DNA from: a virus
Lineage: Duplodnaviria > Caudoviricetes
Virus record (IMG/VR): IMGVR_UViG_3300025608_000040
Coordinates: 1 to 40,948 of that record
Length of the DNA stretch: 40,948 nt
Direction: 5' to 3' (one strand)
The notes beneath the pieces were generated by a model that searched no databases, was not told where the DNA came from, and saw only the letters and a list, made by a program, of their open reading frames with translations. Of this stretch, positions 37,590 to 40,948 are shown piece after piece; position 1 is the first letter of the stretch, and each line of letters begins with the position of its first letter. A program made the translations under genes and the position numbers.

Positions 37590-38207
37590 ATGTCAACACA
37601 ACAAATAGAACCTGGTAGAATTAACGAAAATGATTTAATGCAGAAGTTAGTGGGTGCTAAAAAAGTAATGAATAAAGTGGATGGTAAAAGTTTTACTACG
37701 GGTAATATTGACCCCCAAGCTTTCTTATCGTCACCCGAAGAATTAATGAAAAATGAAACACCTAAAACACCAAACGGTAGAACCCCTATGGTTAATGAGG
37801 ATAAAATTAGAAATTCCAAATTACCCGACTCAATAAAAGAAGCTATGATAAATAACCCAATCCCACAAGCGGATGAAATATCGTTAGACTCTTCTTTAAG
37901 TATGTCATTCCTTGATGGTGCAAAAAAATTAATGGAAAAAGAAGGTTTGTCTAAATCAACTCATTTAACTCAACAACCTCAAACCTTACAAGAAAATCCA
38001 ATTCCGATATCCAATCCGAAAATGGGGACTGAAATTACTGCGTTAATTAAAGAAACAATTAAAGACACTTTAGAAGAAATTGTAGATAGAAAATTAGATT
38101 TAATTCTAAATGCATCGAAAACGGCATCAATTAACGAGAATCTTGTTTTGAAAGTCGGAGATTCTATCTTTAAAGGTAAAATCACAGGAGTAAATAAATC
38201 TAAGTAA
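37590..38207 (+). CDS. hypothetical protein
   Basis: 205-aa ORF preceded by TATTTATA (37561-37568); C-terminal 'LVLKVGDSIFKGKI'. Confidence 0.7.
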   Translation: MSTQQIEPGRINENDLMQKLVGAKKVMNKVDGKSFTTGNIDPQAFLSSPEELMKNETPKTPNGRTPMVNEDKIRNSKLPDSIKEAMINNPIPQADEISLDSSLSMSFLDGAKKLMEKEGLSKSTHLTQQPQTLQENPIPISNPKMGTEITALIKETIKDTLEEIVDRKLDLILNASKTASINENLVLKVGDSIFKGKITGVNKSK

Positions 38208-38211
38208 ACTA

Positions 38212-38240
38212 TTGATTTCCCCACTTTTTTTCTGTATCTT
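38212..38240 (+). promoter_or_regulatory. promoter TTGATT-N17-TATCTT for the GT/HD/dUTPase operon
   Basis: TTGATT at 38212-38217, 17-nt spacer, TATCTT at 38235-38240. Confidence 0.55.
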
Positions 38241-38260
38241 TTGATATATAACTATATTAT

Positions 38261-39490
38261 ATGTCAAAAATTAGGATATTAGCCATACCCTCTGATTCAC
38301 ATGGGGTGGGTAAATTTAGAATGATAGATCCATTTACTTATATTGGTGATAAATTTTCATCTGACGTACATGTGGATTTAGTCTTCGATGTACCTAACAA
38401 TGATGAATACTTTTCAAATTACGACGTAGTTGTTTTTCATTCTTTTATACACAAAGTAGATCACGAAACTAATGTTAAAAGGGTAAAGTGGTTAAAGAAA
38501 AACGGGATAAAAGTTGTTATGGATACTGACGATTTTTGGAGAACCGATCACCGACACCCCAATCATGAAACTTTTAAAAAGAGTGGACTTGCAGGTAAAA
38601 GATCTGAATTATTAAAACTTGCAGATTATATAACTACAACAACAACAGTTTATCGTGACACAATTAAACAACTGTTGGGTGTTGACAATGTCTTTATTTT
38701 TCCAAATGCAATTAATGATGAGGAAAAACAATTTCAACCAAACCCTATTAAATCGGATTTAGTAAGATTTGGTTGGTTAGGGGGGTCATCTCACGAACAC
38801 GACTTAAGTTTAATGTCGGACGGTATTTCAAGAATACACAGAGAGTTTAAGGATAAAGTACAGTTCGTGCTGTGTGGGTTCGATTTAAGGGGTAGAATGA
38901 AAGAATTAAATCGAAATACTGGTGAAATCCATGAACGACCAATTAGACCTGAAGAAACCGCATGGTCAAGATATGAGATAATGTTTAGTGATAACTATAA
39001 AACACTTTCACCTGAATATACATCTTATTTGAAAACTTACAATAAGTCAACATACAACACTGAATTGAATCAACCATACTTGAGAAGATGGACTATGGAC
39101 ATAAACAAATACGCGAGTAATTACAACTATTTTGATGTATCCTTAGCACCACTTGTGAAGTCTGATTTTAATTCAAACAAATCACAATTAAAAGTTATTG
39201 AAGCGGGTTTCCATAAAAAGGCAATAATTGCAACTGAAGAAAATCCGTATCTTATTGATCTAATTTCGAGTGTTGAAAGAGGTGGTGGGATTAATTCAGA
39301 TGGTAATGCATTGATGGTATCATCAAGTAAGAACCATAAGCAATGGTACCAACAAATGAAAAGATTAATTAACAACCCTAATATGATTACAGATTTGGGT
39401 GAAAAGTTATACGAAACTGTGAAAGACACTTATTCCCTCTCCACAGTTTCTAAAAATAGAGTGGAATTCTTTAAAACAATTATAAATTAA
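38261..39490 (+). CDS. GT-B fold glycosyltransferase (GT4-like)
   Basis: 'VMDTDDFW', 'ADYITTTT', 'FPNAI', 'RFGWLGGSSHEHDL', 'DVSLAPL...FNSNKSQLKVIEAG...AIIAT'. Confidence 0.85.
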   Translation: MSKIRILAIPSDSHGVGKFRMIDPFTYIGDKFSSDVHVDLVFDVPNNDEYFSNYDVVVFHSFIHKVDHETNVKRVKWLKKNGIKVVMDTDDFWRTDHRHPNHETFKKSGLAGKRSELLKLADYITTTTTVYRDTIKQLLGVDNVFIFPNAINDEEKQFQPNPIKSDLVRFGWLGGSSHEHDLSLMSDGISRIHREFKDKVQFVLCGFDLRGRMKELNRNTGEIHERPIRPEETAWSRYEIMFSDNYKTLSPEYTSYLKTYNKSTYNTELNQPYLRRWTMDINKYASNYNYFDVSLAPLVKSDFNSNKSQLKVIEAGFHKKAIIATEENPYLIDLISSVERGGGINSDGNALMVSSSKNHKQWYQQMKRLINNPNMITDLGEKLYETVKDTYSLSTVSKNRVEFFKTIIN

Positions 39491-39501
39491 AAACAAAAAT
39501 T

Positions 39502-39735
39502 ATGTATTATTTAGCAACCGTAGGTTATGAGATGGAACAGTTAGACCGTGAAGGTAACCCAAGAATTACAAAAGTTAAATATGTTGTGGAAGCCGAATCA
39601 ATAGAAGAGGCCACAATTGTATTAACTAAATATAGGTCAGAAGACATGAGATCAAGTCAAAGTGTGTCAATCGCTAAGATGCCAATTGAATGTATCATTG
39701 CAAAAGACTTAACACCACAATATTATAAAGGATAA
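39502..39735 (+). CDS. DUF4494-like small protein
   Basis: 'YLATVGYE....G....KVKYVVEAESIEEA' resembles the Bacteroidota DUF4494 'YLVDALSFTEAE' pattern. Confidence 0.5.
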   Translation: MYYLATVGYEMEQLDREGNPRITKVKYVVEAESIEEATIVLTKYRSEDMRSSQSVSIAKMPIECIIAKDLTPQYYKG

Positions 39736-39738
39736 AAT

Positions 39739-40299
39739 ATGATTTCTAAAGAACAGATTGAAAAAAATAAATCGAAATTAATTGAAACCTCCGAAAAATA
39801 CGGGGTTTTAAGTGATGATCTATTAGGGTTCTTGGGTGATGATCTTTTTGTTGCACCAGCATCAACCTCATTAGACATGTACGGAGCATATCCGGGTGGG
39901 TTATTAGAACATATCTTTATTTCGTCTAAGTACGCGGTAAAGGTCAATAGTATATTACCTGAATCATTACAACAAGATATTTCAAGTATACTCAAGTGTA
40001 CAATTCTTTCTCAAATAGGAAAGGTCTTTTTATTTAAACCAAATGAAAGTGAGTGGCATAGAAATAAACTTGGTAAGATGTATGAGTTTTCTGATGATTT
40101 AGTTTCGATGAGAGTGGGTGAAAGATCCGCTTACTATTGTTCAAAATATGGTGTTTCTTTAACAGAAGAAGAATACCAAACAATAGTTAATTCAGACAAA
40201 GGAGATGATGATTTACAATCAAAATATCACTCCACACCATTAGCTCAAATAGTTAAACAAGGATTTGAGTTGGCCATATTTGAACAAAAAAATGGATAA
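39739..40299 (+). CDS. HD-superfamily (YhaM-like) protein with degenerate HD motif
   Basis: 'APAS....GAYPGGLLEH' is retained, but the canonical LHDIGK reads 'LSQIGK'. Confidence 0.65.
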   Translation: MISKEQIEKNKSKLIETSEKYGVLSDDLLGFLGDDLFVAPASTSLDMYGAYPGGLLEHIFISSKYAVKVNSILPESLQQDISSILKCTILSQIGKVFLFKPNESEWHRNKLGKMYEFSDDLVSMRVGERSAYYCSKYGVSLTEEEYQTIVNSDKGDDDLQSKYHSTPLAQIVKQGFELAIFEQKNG

Positions 40300-40948
40300 A
40301 AAAAATTTAGAGGAATACCTTAAAAAATTAGAAGGGTTTGAAAGGACATTAAGTGAAAATGAAGATGATGTCGACGACAGTTACATCAACGAGATTGCCA
40401 AAGTTTTATCTGACCTATCAATGGATTCATTAAATCATGATGATTCAATTGCACAACAATTTAAAGAAAGAGATTATCATGTACCCACAGAAGAGACTGT
40501 CACATTAAATAGTGATGACATGACCGCAACGTTGAGGTGTAAGATTAAGTTACTACATTCTGATGCGGTAGTTCCACAATATAGTAAATTGGGGGATGCA
40601 GGTCTTGACCTACGTGCAACTACAATGACGGTTGATAAAAATCAGATTACCTACGGAACCGGTATATCTTTAGAGATACCTGTTGGATTCGTGGGGTTAA
40701 TATATCCCCGATCTTCAATAAGAAAAACTAATTTAAGTTTATCGAACTCTGTTGGTGTTATTGATAGTGGATATAGAGGTGAAATAATTGTAACCTTCAA
40801 TCACTCTAACTCCAATACTGAAGAAATATATTCAGTTGGGGATAGAATTTGTCAATTAATGATAGTACCCTACCCTAAAATTGAATTTATCGTAAGTGAT
40901 GAACTATCCAAAACCGAAAGAGGTGATGGTGGGTTTGGTTCTACGGGT
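40292..40948 (+). CDS. dut: trimeric dUTPase with acidic N-terminal extension (stop lies just beyond the window)
   Basis: Not in the ORF track. Manual translation from ATG 40292 gives motifs 'AGLDL', 'PRSS', 'GVIDSGYRGEI', 'GDRICQL' and 'RGDGGFGSTG'. Confidence 0.93.
   Translation, partial: MDKKNLEEYLKKLEGFERTLSENEDDVDDSYINEIAKVLSDLSMDSLNHDDSIAQQFKERDYHVPTEETVTLNSDDMTATLRCKIKLLHSDAVVPQYSKLGDAGLDLRATTMTVDKNQITYGTGISLEIPVGFVGLIYPRSSIRKTNLSLSNSVGVIDSGYRGEIIVTFNHSNSNTEEIYSVGDRICQLMIVPYPKIEFIVSDELSKTERGDGGFGSTG

Noticed and set aside
940-39995. Other short opposite-strand or nested ORFs in the track (e.g. 940-1380, 36005-36367, 39127-39429, 39723-39995)
   Set aside because: Almost entirely overlapped by well-supported genes, mostly with non-ATG starts and no motifs.
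1-40948. Stop-codon reassignment (alternative genetic code)
   Set aside because: Long genes are intact under code 11 at high coding density, and TAG serves as a stop at 421, 14405 and 19133.

Overview
AT-rich segment of a large lytic myovirus with T4-like structural genes. The host is probably a member of the Bacteroidota: there are no Shine-Dalgarno motifs, one promoter has a TAnnTTTG -7 element, and a DUF4494-like gene is present. The window holds a contractile-tail module (sheath, tube, chaperone, tape measure, fused tube-initiator/OmpA-like protein, LysM/gp53-like wedge, giant hub-like protein) and neck/tail-completion genes. These are interleaved with replication genes: gp32-like SSB, SNF2 helicase, family B DNA polymerase and dUTPase. 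There is also a fibre/adhesin cluster with mucin-like Pro/Thr linkers and an intact Nal1-like trypsin protease, a cluster of probable head-internal proteins (a 47-aa repeat protein and a WYL protein), a glycosyltransferase and a degenerate HD protein. The most notable unannotated signals are: (i) a probable +1 (or -2) frameshift at UUU_UUU_CGU_C producing the long tail chaperone; (ii) a promoter/long-hairpin/terminator unit on the strand opposite the tail operon, between sheath and tube (candidate ~170-nt sRNA or origin); (iii) a TATTTAT(A/T/C) motif upstream of about 15 structural/late genes, often exactly 3 nt before ATG; and (iv) a shared (L/I)xE-xINRIKxL peptide tag on probable capsid-packaged proteins. 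All family assignments come from motif recognition by eye; no database searches were run.
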